Assembly: GCA_035399665.1 (NCBI GenBank)
Contig: DAOPJM010000009.1
Span: forward strand, 1 to 60,031
DNA from: Clostridia bacterium
GTDB taxonomy: Bacteria; Bacillota; Clostridia; Christensenellales; CAG-138
Reading direction: 5' to 3'
Length of the DNA: 60,031 nt
This document shows, piece by piece, positions 47,892 through 56,870 of this stretch; position 1 is the stretch's first letter, and every line of letters begins with the position of its first letter. Below the pieces are notes generated by a model, which saw only the letters and a program-made list of their open reading frames with translations, was not told the DNA's origin and did not search any database. Made by a program: the position numbers and the translations under genes.

Positions 47892-48326
47892 TCATGGTCT
47901 GCTAAAATACTCCTTTAGTAATTCTATCCCCGTACCGTCAACACAGCTTATGGCGAATATCGGGTTTGCTCCGGACATCCTTAAATTGTCCTTTGCGTCC
48001 TCAACATTGCGCACACTTGCCGCAAGGTCGATCTTGGTCACAACTCCAATTACGGGTCTTGCGAAGATACCGGCGATAAGGGGAGGGATACTTATCTGCG
48101 CGTCTGTACAGTCAAGCAATATCATGACGATATCGCAGTCCATCGCGGTGACGGTCAGCGCCTTAAAGAAGGGCTTACGCTCAAGGTATTCGCCCGGGGT
48201 GTCTATGCAGTCTCCGATAAGCTCTACCGACTGCGTTTTGTGCGGTGTCCCCGCAGCGCCGCTCAACAGGTATGCGAGTGTGGTTTTGCCGCTGCCGCTT
48301 TTGCCTATAATCAAGGCACGCTTCAT
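47892..48326 (-). CDS. eutP: EutP/PduV family small GTPase-like protein
   Basis: [41 protein letters not shown]; ATGA overlap with eutS. Confidence 0.88.
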   Translation of the reverse strand: MKRALIIGKSGSGKTTLAYLLSGAAGTPHKTQSVELIGDCIDTPGEYLERKPFFKALTVTAMDCDIVMILLDCTDAQISIPPLIAGIFARPVIGVVTKIDLAASVRNVEDAKDNLRMSGANPIFAISCVDGTGIELLKEYFSRP

Positions 48327-48670
48327 GATCTGGTGACCTTGCACGGCGTAAAGCCCAAGGTGTTTTCAAGCATATCCACTACGGCGCGAACCGAGGCCTC
48401 CACCGCGGAAGTGGAACCGCTCAGCACAAGCGATCCTGAAAACCTGTCAACAAAGACTATCTCGACCTGAGCCGCCTTGACAGCGGTATCCGCGCTGATT
48501 ATAGCAACCTCACTTGGCGTTATGGTGAGAATCCCCAAGGCTCCGTATGCATCGCCCACCATGCCCAGCTTGCGATACAGCGAGGCATCGGGGTTAGGGA
48601 TTATGTGAGCAATTGTCACCTGCTTTCCGGGGACATACTCCTGAATGATACGCTGCTTGCTTTCGTCCAT
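48323..48670 (-). CDS. eutS: EutS/PduU family circularly permuted BMC shell protein
   Basis: KQRIIQEYVPGKQVTIAHII, ALGILTITPSE..IISAD.AVKAA, DRFSGSLV. Confidence 0.92.
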   Translation of the reverse strand: MDESKQRIIQEYVPGKQVTIAHIIPNPDASLYRKLGMVGDAYGALGILTITPSEVAIISADTAVKAAQVEIVFVDRFSGSLVLSGSTSAVEASVRAVVDMLENTLGFTPCKVTRS

Positions 48671-48671
48671 A

Positions 48672-49361
48672 TTAAACCTCATATATTGTTCGCTCTTGGG
48701 CTATCTCGGCATTGAAAACGCCCGTTTCACGCAGGATAGCTGCTTCATCGCTTTCGGCTCCGCTTATGTGAGTACACAAAAGCTTTTTCACCTGTGCGCG
48801 CTCGGCAAGCTTACCAGCCTCTGTCGGAGACATATGGTTTATGCCTGTCGTCGTCTTTGCGTTCGTATCCGCAAGCAGAATATCAGCGCCAAAGGCTTCA
48901 GGGACAAGACCGTCAAAATAGGAAGTATCCGAGGTGTAGCAGACGGATTTTCCCTCGTCGTTTGTGAGCTTTACTCCGTAGCACTCCACAGTGTGATGAA
49001 CCGTAAAGAGCTTCACAGTGATACCGCCTATGCTCATTTTCAACCCGTCCTCTGCCGGAATGTGCCTAAACAGCAGGGCGTCCTTTTGCGCGGGGGAGAT
49101 GAGCAAAGGTTTCTCCTTGCCGAATTGCCCTTGATCCATGGCATATCTTGCTATGGCAAGGTCCGCACAATGGTCGGCATGGAGGTGGGTCACGATAATG
49201 GCGGACAGATCGGAGTATCTATGGAACTCAAGAAGACGCGAAAAAGTTCCCGACCCCAATTCAAGCAGGATGACGGTTTCGCCGTCCTCAATGATGTAAC
49301 CGGAGCAGGAACCGCCCGCCTTCGGGTAAGGCCCATATTTGCCTAATACTGTAAGCTTCAT
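48672..49361 (-). CDS. Metallo-beta-lactamase fold hydrolase (RNase Z/YhfI-like)
   Basis: LTVLG..GPYP.AG..CSGY, THLHADH, HH, YTSDT, THI. Confidence 0.85.
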   Translation of the reverse strand: MKLTVLGKYGPYPKAGGSCSGYIIEDGETVILLELGSGTFSRLLEFHRYSDLSAIIVTHLHADHCADLAIARYAMDQGQFGKEKPLLISPAQKDALLFRHIPAEDGLKMSIGGITVKLFTVHHTVECYGVKLTNDEGKSVCYTSDTSYFDGLVPEAFGADILLADTNAKTTTGINHMSPTEAGKLAERAQVKKLLCTHISGAESDEAAILRETGVFNAEIAQERTIYEV

Positions 49362-49441
49362 TACCACACCTCATTCCCCCAAAAGGAAGCTTCCGTGACA
49401 AGTCAATGAATACGCTTAGGGTAAGCGATTAACAATGACAC

Positions 49442-50152
49442 TTAGTCAATGACATTGGTCTCGACCTTGTAGAAAGGTTCCGACTGTTGCCCGTCATTGA
49501 TCTGCCGCTCAGACTTAGAGCTTTCATCATCAGCTAAAGCGTCAATGATATCGGCTGTATCGAAAACAGCATCCTGTTGTTGCTCCTGCGCAAGCTCATC
49601 TACCGTTACAAGCGGTTCTTCAACCGCTTCCTGGGTAAACTCAACGCCTTCACGAGCATCGCCCGTCAAAAGGTCGGGGAGCTGTTCTGTTATCTTTCGG
49701 TAGAACTCGGCGTACTGCCTTGCGTTTCGTTCAGCCTGAAGTACGCTTTCCTTGACGGTCTCGTTGTACTGCTTAACTATGGAGGCATAATCTCGTATCA
49801 TTACATCCGCGCTTTGGATACGCCTTCTGCTTTCGTCCTCGGCGGCGCTGATTATCTCACCCGCTTTGGTTTGAGCTTCGTTGATCCTGCAATCGGCCGC
49901 TGCTTCGCGCTGCTGTGCCTCGCTTAATCCTGCTTGGCGAACCTCACCCGCATACTGCTCCGCATCGCTCTTGATACGTTCCGCCGCGACAGCGGCTTCA
50001 GTCATAGCTCTGGAAATCATCAGCTCTTTGGTCTTGTACGCTTCAAGCTCCTGCTTTAGAGCCTCGCTTTGCTTAGTCAGCTCATCAAGCCTTGATGAAA
50101 GCTGTGAGTTTTGCTCGGTGAGCTCCGCGATTTTCTTTTTCTTGCCAAACAT
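49442..50152 (-). CDS. Coiled-coil protein resembling the DivIVA C-terminal region, acidic tail
   Basis: Heptad pattern and ISRAMTEA..AAERIK.DA...A..I...AE segments; no recognisable DivIVA lipid-binding N-terminus. Confidence 0.55.
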   Translation of the reverse strand: MFGKKKKIAELTEQNSQLSSRLDELTKQSEALKQELEAYKTKELMISRAMTEAAVAAERIKSDAEQYAGEVRQAGLSEAQQREAAADCRINEAQTKAGEIISAAEDESRRRIQSADVMIRDYASIVKQYNETVKESVLQAERNARQYAEFYRKITEQLPDLLTGDAREGVEFTQEAVEEPLVTVDELAQEQQQDAVFDTADIIDALADDESSKSERQINDGQQSEPFYKVETNVID

Positions 50153-50153
50153 A

Positions 50154-51182
50154 CTATACCTCTAACTTGAGTTGCTGCACAGCGCCTGTGGGTAATGGAA
50201 TATCCAAATGCGCATATGCTGGCGGCAAAACAATCCTGCCCCTTGAAGTCCTTGCGATAAAGCCGAGCTTCAAAAGGTACGGCTCATATACATCCTCAAC
50301 CGTTCCGGAATCCTCGCCCGTATACGCCGCAAGGGTGTCAAGCCCCACCGGACCGCCTTTGAATATATCTATCATTGCTCGAAGCATTCGTCTGTCAACT
50401 CCGTCAAGACCCAACTCGTCTATGTCAAGCATATTTAAGGCGGTACAAGCGGTTTCGACGTCTATACGACCATGCGAACGAACCTGCGAGTAGTCACGAA
50501 CTCTGCGCAAGAGGCGGTTTGCTATTCGGGGCGTTCCGCGTGAACGAGACGCTATCTCGATAGCTCCGTCGTCGTCCACATCGATATGCAGTATCCCCGC
50601 GGATCTCAATATAATCTCCCTCAACGCTTCCGGCGTATACAGCTCAAGCTGTTCTTTGATACCAAACCTGTCCCTTAAAGGCGAAGAAAGCATACCCATG
50701 CGGGTAGTCGCGCCTATGAGCGTAAAGTGGGGAAGCTCCAATCGTATGCTTCTGGCGCCGGGACCCTTTCCAATAATAATGTCAAGGGCGAAGTCCTCCA
50801 TAGCGGGGTAGAGGATCTCCTCAACGTTGGAGTTGAGCCTATGAATTTCGTCGATGAACAGCACATCTCCGGGTGCGAGGTTTGTGAGCAGCGCGGCAAG
50901 ATCTCCGGCATGGGATATTGCGGGCCCGCTCGTTATTCTGAGAGAAACGCCCATCTCGTTGGCGATTATGCCCGCAAGCGTCGTTTTGCCCAGCCCCGGA
51001 GGTCCATAGAGCAGAGCGTGATCCAAAGGCTCTCCACGCTGCTTTGCGGCGTCGATGTATATGCGCATATGCTCCTTGACCTTATCCTGACCTATGTACT
51101 CCCTAAGGTAGTGGGGGCGAATGCTGTATTCGTTTTTAGCGTCCTCCTCGCGCATACTCGAGGTGATAAGTCTGTCTTCCAT
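50154..51182 (-). CDS. ruvB: Holliday junction branch migration helicase RuvB
   Basis: [55 protein letters not shown]. Confidence 0.98.
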   Translation of the reverse strand: MEDRLITSSMREEDAKNEYSIRPHYLREYIGQDKVKEHMRIYIDAAKQRGEPLDHALLYGPPGLGKTTLAGIIANEMGVSLRITSGPAISHAGDLAALLTNLAPGDVLFIDEIHRLNSNVEEILYPAMEDFALDIIIGKGPGARSIRLELPHFTLIGATTRMGMLSSPLRDRFGIKEQLELYTPEALREIILRSAGILHIDVDDDGAIEIASRSRGTPRIANRLLRRVRDYSQVRSHGRIDVETACTALNMLDIDELGLDGVDRRMLRAMIDIFKGGPVGLDTLAAYTGEDSGTVEDVYEPYLLKLGFIARTSRGRIVLPPAYAHLDIPLPTGAVQQLKLEV

Positions 51183-51188
51183 ATATAC

Positions 51189-51770
51189 CTACTTTGCAAG
51201 CTTTCTGAGCGCTTTGGTAAGCAGCTCTTCAACCGTCTTGGCGTCGCTTATTGAAGCTACGACACGCGATGCGGCCAGTCCGTCATAGCCGAGTGACGTC
51301 AACGCGGCAACGGCCTCCGAACGGATATCCTCCACGGGCGCATCTCCCGCAGCGCCAAGCGGGGCGGTCTCACCCTTGGTAATCTCTTGAAGCTCCAAGA
51401 TGACACGCTGCGCAGTCTTTCTTCCCATACCCTGCACTCTATCGAAGGCAGATGGCGTATTTGTGAGTACGGCTGCGCGGACGTCAGCGGGAGTAAGGAC
51501 GGACAACACGGAAAGGGAAAGCTTAGGGCCTACGCGAGACACTGAGAGCAATTTCTTGAACATGTCGCGCTCCTCCGTATCGGCAAAGCCATACAGAGCC
51601 ATCACATTTTCAGCAAGGTGTAGATAAGTATAGAGCTTTGCGGCAGTCCCCAAAAGCAGCTTTTTCTGAGTAATGGAGCTTGCCCATATCTCATAGCCTA
51701 TGCCATTGGCCTCGATAACCACCTTGTCGGCGTAAGTCTCTGTGACTAAGCCCTGTATGTAAGCGTACAT
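51189..51770 (-). CDS. ruvA: Holliday junction branch migration protein RuvA
   Basis: VIEANGIGYE, LYGF, VSRVGPK, GMGRKTAQR, AVAALTSLGY. Confidence 0.96.
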   Translation of the reverse strand: MYAYIQGLVTETYADKVVIEANGIGYEIWASSITQKKLLLGTAAKLYTYLHLAENVMALYGFADTEERDMFKKLLSVSRVGPKLSLSVLSVLTPADVRAAVLTNTPSAFDRVQGMGRKTAQRVILELQEITKGETAPLGAAGDAPVEDIRSEAVAALTSLGYDGLAASRVVASISDAKTVEELLTKALRKLAK

Positions 51771-51779
51771 CTTTCCCCC

Positions 51780-52277
51780 TTATTTCATGCGGAATTCTTC
51801 CGCCGCTGCCTTCATCATGCATGCATGACATATCGCCGCCGCCAACGCATCCGCCGCGTCATCAGGCTTCGGTGTTTCCTTCAAAGAAAGCAGAAGCTTG
51901 ACCATCTGCTGCACCTGTTGCTTATCGGCTCTCCCATCGCCCGTGACCTGCATTTTTATCTGCATGGGCGTGTACTCGTACATAGGGAGCGCATTTTTCT
52001 GCGCCGCTAAAATGGCGACGCCTCGACCTGCTCCGACAGAAATCGCTGTCGTCACGTTGCGGCAGAAGAACAATTCCTCGAACACGGCAGCTTCCGGTTT
52101 GTACAGCATAATGAGCTGCCTCGTACCGTCGTACAAGCGCTCCAAACGCTCGGCAAACGGCTCATCCTTGGAAGTTTCTATGACGCCATAGTCAACAACA
52201 CGCAAAGAGCTTGCCTGTTTTTCCACAACGCCATAGCCCATTATGGCATAGCCGGGGTCAATTCCGAGTATACGCAC
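51780..52277 (-). CDS. ruvC: Crossover junction endodeoxyribonuclease RuvC
   Basis: ILGIDPG, FEELFF, GRGV, EYTP.QIK, DDAADALAAAICH; GTG start. Confidence 0.97.
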   Translation of the reverse strand: MRILGIDPGYAIMGYGVVEKQASSLRVVDYGVIETSKDEPFAERLERLYDGTRQLIMLYKPEAAVFEELFFCRNVTTAISVGAGRGVAILAAQKNALPMYEYTPMQIKMQVTGDGRADKQQVQQMVKLLLSLKETPKPDDAADALAAAICHACMMKAAAEEFRMK

Positions 52278-52321
52278 GAACGATGAAACTCCTTTAGTAA
52301 AGCCAATGTCTTATTAAATGC

Positions 52322-52350
52322 AGTTTACCACACAATTGTCAGATTGTAAA
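52322..52350 (-). promoter_or_regulatory. Candidate sigmaA promoter of ruvCAB
   Basis: TTTACA-17-TAAACT with extended TG, overlapping the upstream stop codon. Confidence 0.55.
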
Positions 52351-52702
52351 CAAAATCAATGAAGATAAATGCCGGCACGCACAAAAACACCCAGAGGGTT
52401 GAGTACTTCAGACAGATTTGACCATACAAATTGTACTTAGCATCGGAGTAGTCCCAGACATTCAGACCCATCCTAAGGTTTACTATGGCGCCCGTTACGA
52501 ACTCGACTGCGCTTATGACACACGCACCCATCAGGCACATTGCAAGCCTATGTACAAGGCCAAAGCGAAGATAAAGACCGTAGAGCAAAACGGTACAAAC
52601 CCCGCCCGCAATCGCCATGCTGATATGGCTGCGGCCTCTCCAAAATAATTCACAGAACACATAGAGTATTCCGCCCACTACAAAAATCACTAACAGCTTC
52701 AT
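52325..52702 (-). CDS. Putative ABC-transporter permease-like membrane protein (CmpB/PF06541-like)
   Basis: GGILYVFCELFWRGRSH, EFVTG.IVN....VWDYS....N..GQICL. Confidence 0.7.
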   Translation of the reverse strand: MKLLVIFVVGGILYVFCELFWRGRSHISMAIAGGVCTVLLYGLYLRFGLVHRLAMCLMGACVISAVEFVTGAIVNLRMGLNVWDYSDAKYNLYGQICLKYSTLWVFLCVPAFIFIDFVYNLTIVW

Positions 52703-52738
52703 AGTGCGAGTTTGTGCAGACAACAAAAAATCAATACT

Positions 52739-53344
52739 TCAAACAAGCTCTTTGACGCAGCAGCATGAAAGTTCGTAAGCTGTAAGGCTTTCGACTATGC
52801 CGTCCTCAAGCACCTTTTCATAATTGCGGCTTTGGAACCTTCCCGTTACGGATACATAGCTGTACTTGTCAAGAGTGGAAGCAAAACGCGCCGCCGTGTT
52901 CCATGCTATCACGGGTATGAACCAATGTGTATATGGCGTCGGAGACACTTCCACCAATAAATCGCATATCTGTCGTCCGAGCGGAGTGTAGCGGTATATC
53001 GGATCCTTTATGATTTTTCCGGTTATCAGGACCTCGTTCTGACCAATGATGTCCGATTGTGATACATCATCCGCCGCGCAAAAGAGTATGAGCTTGCGAT
53101 GTTCACCAATAACACGGGTTTGGGATCTCAACTGTCCCTTAAACATTATCCCGTTTTTGTATTCCCCGCAAGCCCTGTCAAAGATAGCTTCGCTTATCCT
53201 GACGGGAAGATAGTCGCAGGTTCTGCTCTTTCTCGGGACGCGCAAAATAAGCGATCTGAACACCTTGCCGTCACCGCATATCTTCTTTTCCTGTATTGAT
53301 TCAATTTCTCCCGTAAGCGTAATCCTATCGCAATATTGTACCAT
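52739..53344 (-). CDS. ssb: Clostridial two-OB-fold single-stranded DNA-binding protein paralogue
   Basis: Repeated units L.VPRKS...DYLPV / GQLRS and YRYTPLGRQICDLLV / YIP.IAW / GRFQSRNYEK / AYELS. Confidence 0.8.
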   Translation of the reverse strand: MVQYCDRITLTGEIESIQEKKICGDGKVFRSLILRVPRKSRTCDYLPVRISEAIFDRACGEYKNGIMFKGQLRSQTRVIGEHRKLILFCAADDVSQSDIIGQNEVLITGKIIKDPIYRYTPLGRQICDLLVEVSPTPYTHWFIPVIAWNTAARFASTLDKYSYVSVTGRFQSRNYEKVLEDGIVESLTAYELSCCCVKELV

Positions 53345-53444
53345 ATCACCCCTCCGCTAAATGCTATGCTTGTGTCGGGCTTAGTATTCAGCATTGAAGC
53401 GTTTCGTCACATATGCGAAAACAAATTAAACTTTCAATAGATTC

Positions 53445-53473
53445 TTGCCATACTTATTCGTATGTGGTATACT
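53445..53473 (+). promoter_or_regulatory. sigmaA promoter of the CotH operon
   Basis: TTGCCA-17-TATACT with extended TG; ATG 6 nt downstream. Confidence 0.8.
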
Positions 53474-53479
53474 AATCAC

Positions 53480-56400
53480 ATGAAAAAGTCTACCATGGTT
53501 TCTCGTCAAGCAAAGACGGTAATTTGTTTTGTTCTTGCGGCTTCAATGCTGCTTTGTTGTGCTTGCGAATTGACCGGAAGCAAAGATACGGACAACACCG
53601 TTAATGCAACCGACAACCTTATCATCAATGAAGTTGTCACAAGCAACGGCGATTCCTTGGACGATCCGACCTATGGTTCTCCCGACTGGATTGAGCTTTA
53701 CAATCCTACGTCATTGGACATTAATCTTTTCGGTTATATCTTGACCGATGACATATTAAAATCCGATAAGGCTTCCTTGCTGCCCGACGCCATTATACCC
53801 GCAGGCGGTTACCTTGTGGTTTTCGCAAACAAATCGACCGAGCCTTATGATGGCGAACGCGTGTGCCTCAACTTCGCGTTGAAACAGACCGGCGGCGAAT
53901 CCCTTGTGCTGATGGATGACAACTACAATATCATACAAGAGCTTGAACTTCCTGAACTCGACAGAGACGTGTCATATGCTCGAAAGAGTGACGGGACCTA
54001 CGGCTATTGCGCGGTAACTACTCCCGGAGAAGCAAACAACAGTGACTTTTACAGCAGCAGCAAGGAAGCGGCGGCGGTTCTAACCGAGATCTCCGTGATA
54101 CCAATGGCAAGTCTCATTTTCACAGAAGTAGTCTCGGACAACGTTAACTCCCTCATATGCACGGGCTGCACGGAATGTTCTGATTGGGTAGAGCTATATA
54201 ATCCCTCGATAGAGGAGGAGTTCATTTCCGGTTACAGTCTCTCTGATGACCCTTTGGATAACCTCGACCATAATCTTGACGACTTCACTATTCCTTCGGG
54301 CGGCTATGTTGTCATACATTGCTGCCGTGGTGAATGCGATGATTCTGACGGGCATTTGTGCGTAGATCTTGGAGTAAAACGAACGGGTGAGACGCTGTAT
54401 CTGTTTGACTCCTACGGCGAACTTGTCTGCTCCATCGAGGTTCCGGAGCTTATTGAAGATGTATCATGGGCGATGAAGGATGACGGAAGCTTTGCATACT
54501 GCAAGTCTCCTACGCCCGGAGCTACCAACACCACGGAGTTTGTGGACAGCTACCTTCCGAAGCGGGTAACCTTCCTGTCTCCCGTTTACATCAATGAGGT
54601 TCTTCCCAAAAACAAGTACAGCATGATGGACGAAAGCGGAGATAGGAGTGACTGGGTTGAACTTTATAATTCAAGCTCTGAGCCTGTAACGCTGAAAGGC
54701 TTTTTCTTGAGCGATGACGCGGAGGAGCTTGAAAAGTGGGCCATACCCGAAGTCACCATCCCTGCGGGCGGATATCTTTTGATTTTCCTCGATGGCAAAG
54801 AAAGCACAAGCACGGAGCTTCATGCCTCCTTTGCACTTTCACAGGGAGAACAGATGGTGCTGTATGACTCCAACAATCAGATTTATGAGGCCATCGATAT
54901 CATCGCATTGCCTGCCAACGTATCAATAGGGCGGAGTACGGACGGTCAGCTTGTATATTACCGACAACCTTCACCGCTTGCAGAAAACAATCATCCCGAG
55001 ACAGAAGCCGACAAGCTCGGCTTCTTTGATACAACGGACGTATATATAAGCGAAGTCAGCGCAATCCACGCAAAGGGTACGAAAGCCAACGATTGGATAG
55101 AGCTTTACAATGGATCCGACTCGGCAGTCTCGCTTGACGGTTGGTTCCTTTCCGACGACCCCGACAACTTCACATTGTGGCGCATTGATGGTGTGAGCAT
55201 TGAAAGCGGAGCCTATGCCGTTATTGAGGCAACTTCCCATGTTACCCGACAAGGTGAGGGAATTGCCACCTTCGGTATATCCTCGGCGGGGGAGGTGATC
55301 TTTCTTGTCAACCCGAACGGCATTGTCGTAGATGTTTTTGACACGGGAGTTCAATCCGTGGGCATGAGTTCAGGACGCGTGGTAGGAGATTCGAGTATAA
55401 GCCGAGTGTTCTTTACTACTGTCACCAAAGGCTCTGCCAACAGCTCAAGCACTTATTCAGGGTACTCATCACAGCCTGTTTTTTCAGAGACGGAGCTGTA
55501 TCAAAGTTCGACATTCTCACTTACTATAAGCTCTTTGAATGCCGATGAGATATACTATACAACAGACGGAAGCAAGCCCAAAACCTCGTCAAAGCTGTAT
55601 TCCGGTCCGATAACCATAAGCGGTAATACCGTGATTCGAGCAATCGCCGTCTGTGACGGTTTGTTGACGAGTGAAATCACTACCTGTCACTACCTGTTTG
55701 TCGATAAGCATACCTTGCCGGTGGTGTGTATAGCGATGGATCCTGAGGATTTTACCACTATATACTCTGTTAAGAATTACAAGGATGTTGTTGAGCGTCA
55801 AACCTTTATATCCTACTATGAAGCGGATGGATTATTGGGCATAAGCTTCGCGGCGGGACTGAGAGCCAAGGGACGAGGGACGCTTGCTTACAACCAAAAA
55901 TCCATGACCATCAGAATTAGAGGCTGCTATGGCAGGAGTACGGTAAGCTATGCCTTTTTTGATGAATGTGAGTTCAATGAGTTTGGTTCCCTTGTGCTTC
56001 GTAATGGCGGGCAGGACTACGATGAGGCCAGAATACGCGACGCCCTTGCCTCAAGGGTAATGCAGGTGCTGAACGTTGACGCGGCTGCGACAAAGCCCGT
56101 TGTTGTGTATGTCAATGGGGTTTACTATGGTCTGTTTGACTTTGGTGAAGATTTAAACGTAGATTACCTTGCGACGCATTACGGCGCTGATCCCGACGCC
56201 TGCGACTTAATTCGCACCAACACCACGGCAACGCAAGGCGACAACAAGGAGATTAAGCGGATTATAGCGTATGTCGAGCGAAACAGTCTGGCGAACAGCG
56301 ACAACTACGCTGAGTTCTGTCAATGGGTTGACGTTGACTATATGATCGACTACGTTATAGCGCAATCGTTTATGGGCAACTACGATATGTTCAATCAAAA

Positions 56401-56869
56401 GTATTGGCGCAGCCGTGATTACTCGCTAAAATGGCGCCCAATTCTTTACGACCTCGATTTTGCTTTTCGTTCGGGAAGCTGCAGCGCGGTGTTGACCCAA
56501 TATTTCAACAAAAACGGATACTACACACCCAATGGAACTCATGTACAGTTCCCGCTGTACATAGCTCTGCTGGAGAACTCCGAATGGCGTCAAAAGTTCA
56601 TTGAACGCTATGTAGAGGTCTGCTGTTCGCTGCTGACCGCCGACAAGATGACTGCCGTTCTTGATGAAATGGTTTCGGTCATAGATCCTGAGATGCAGCG
56701 TCACATCGCAAGGTGGGGCTATCCAAAGAGCTATTCATACTGGCAGAACCAGATAGCAAGCCTTAGAACCAATGTAGCAGGCCGTCCCGAGAAAGCTTTG
56801 AAGGCTGTCAAGTCTTACTTCGGCCTCAGCGACTCGCAAATGAATGCGCTTATAGCGAAACACAGCTGA
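53480..56869 (+). CDS. Exported CotH kinase family protein with four lamin-tail domains and an FN3/chitobiase-like module; possible lipoprotein
   Basis: Four I(N/S/T)EV...DW(I/V)ELYN repeats; IYYTTDGSKP; YVNGVYYGLF, NYD..NQKYW, WRPILYDLD; signal peptide ending LLCCAC. Confidence 0.85.
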   Translation: MKKSTMVSRQAKTVICFVLAASMLLCCACELTGSKDTDNTVNATDNLIINEVVTSNGDSLDDPTYGSPDWIELYNPTSLDINLFGYILTDDILKSDKASLLPDAIIPAGGYLVVFANKSTEPYDGERVCLNFALKQTGGESLVLMDDNYNIIQELELPELDRDVSYARKSDGTYGYCAVTTPGEANNSDFYSSSKEAAAVLTEISVIPMASLIFTEVVSDNVNSLICTGCTECSDWVELYNPSIEEEFISGYSLSDDPLDNLDHNLDDFTIPSGGYVVIHCCRGECDDSDGHLCVDLGVKRTGETLYLFDSYGELVCSIEVPELIEDVSWAMKDDGSFAYCKSPTPGATNTTEFVDSYLPKRVTFLSPVYINEVLPKNKYSMMDESGDRSDWVELYNSSSEPVTLKGFFLSDDAEELEKWAIPEVTIPAGGYLLIFLDGKESTSTELHASFALSQGEQMVLYDSNNQIYEAIDIIALPANVSIGRSTDGQLVYYRQPSPLAENNHPETEADKLGFFDTTDVYISEVSAIHAKGTKANDWIELYNGSDSAVSLDGWFLSDDPDNFTLWRIDGVSIESGAYAVIEATSHVTRQGEGIATFGISSAGEVIFLVNPNGIVVDVFDTGVQSVGMSSGRVVGDSSISRVFFTTVTKGSANSSSTYSGYSSQPVFSETELYQSSTFSLTISSLNADEIYYTTDGSKPKTSSKLYSGPITISGNTVIRAIAVCDGLLTSEITTCHYLFVDKHTLPVVCIAMDPEDFTTIYSVKNYKDVVERQTFISYYEADGLLGISFAAGLRAKGRGTLAYNQKSMTIRIRGCYGRSTVSYAFFDECEFNEFGSLVLRNGGQDYDEARIRDALASRVMQVLNVDAAATKPVVVYVNGVYYGLFDFGEDLNVDYLATHYGADPDACDLIRTNTTATQGDNKEIKRIIAYVERNSLANSDNYAEFCQWVDVDYMIDYVIAQSFMGNYDMFNQKYWRSRDYSLKWRPILYDLDFAFRSGSCSAVLTQYFNKNGYYTPNGTHVQFPLYIALLENSEWRQKFIERYVEVCCSLLTADKMTAVLDEMVSVIDPEMQRHIARWGYPKSYSYWQNQIASLRTNVAGRPEKALKAVKSYFGLSDSQMNALIAKHS

Positions 56870-56870
56870 T

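Noticed and set aside
52278-52300. Possible LexA box (GAAC-N4-GTTC) upstream of ruvC
   Set aside because: Only one half-site matches (GAACGATGAAAC).
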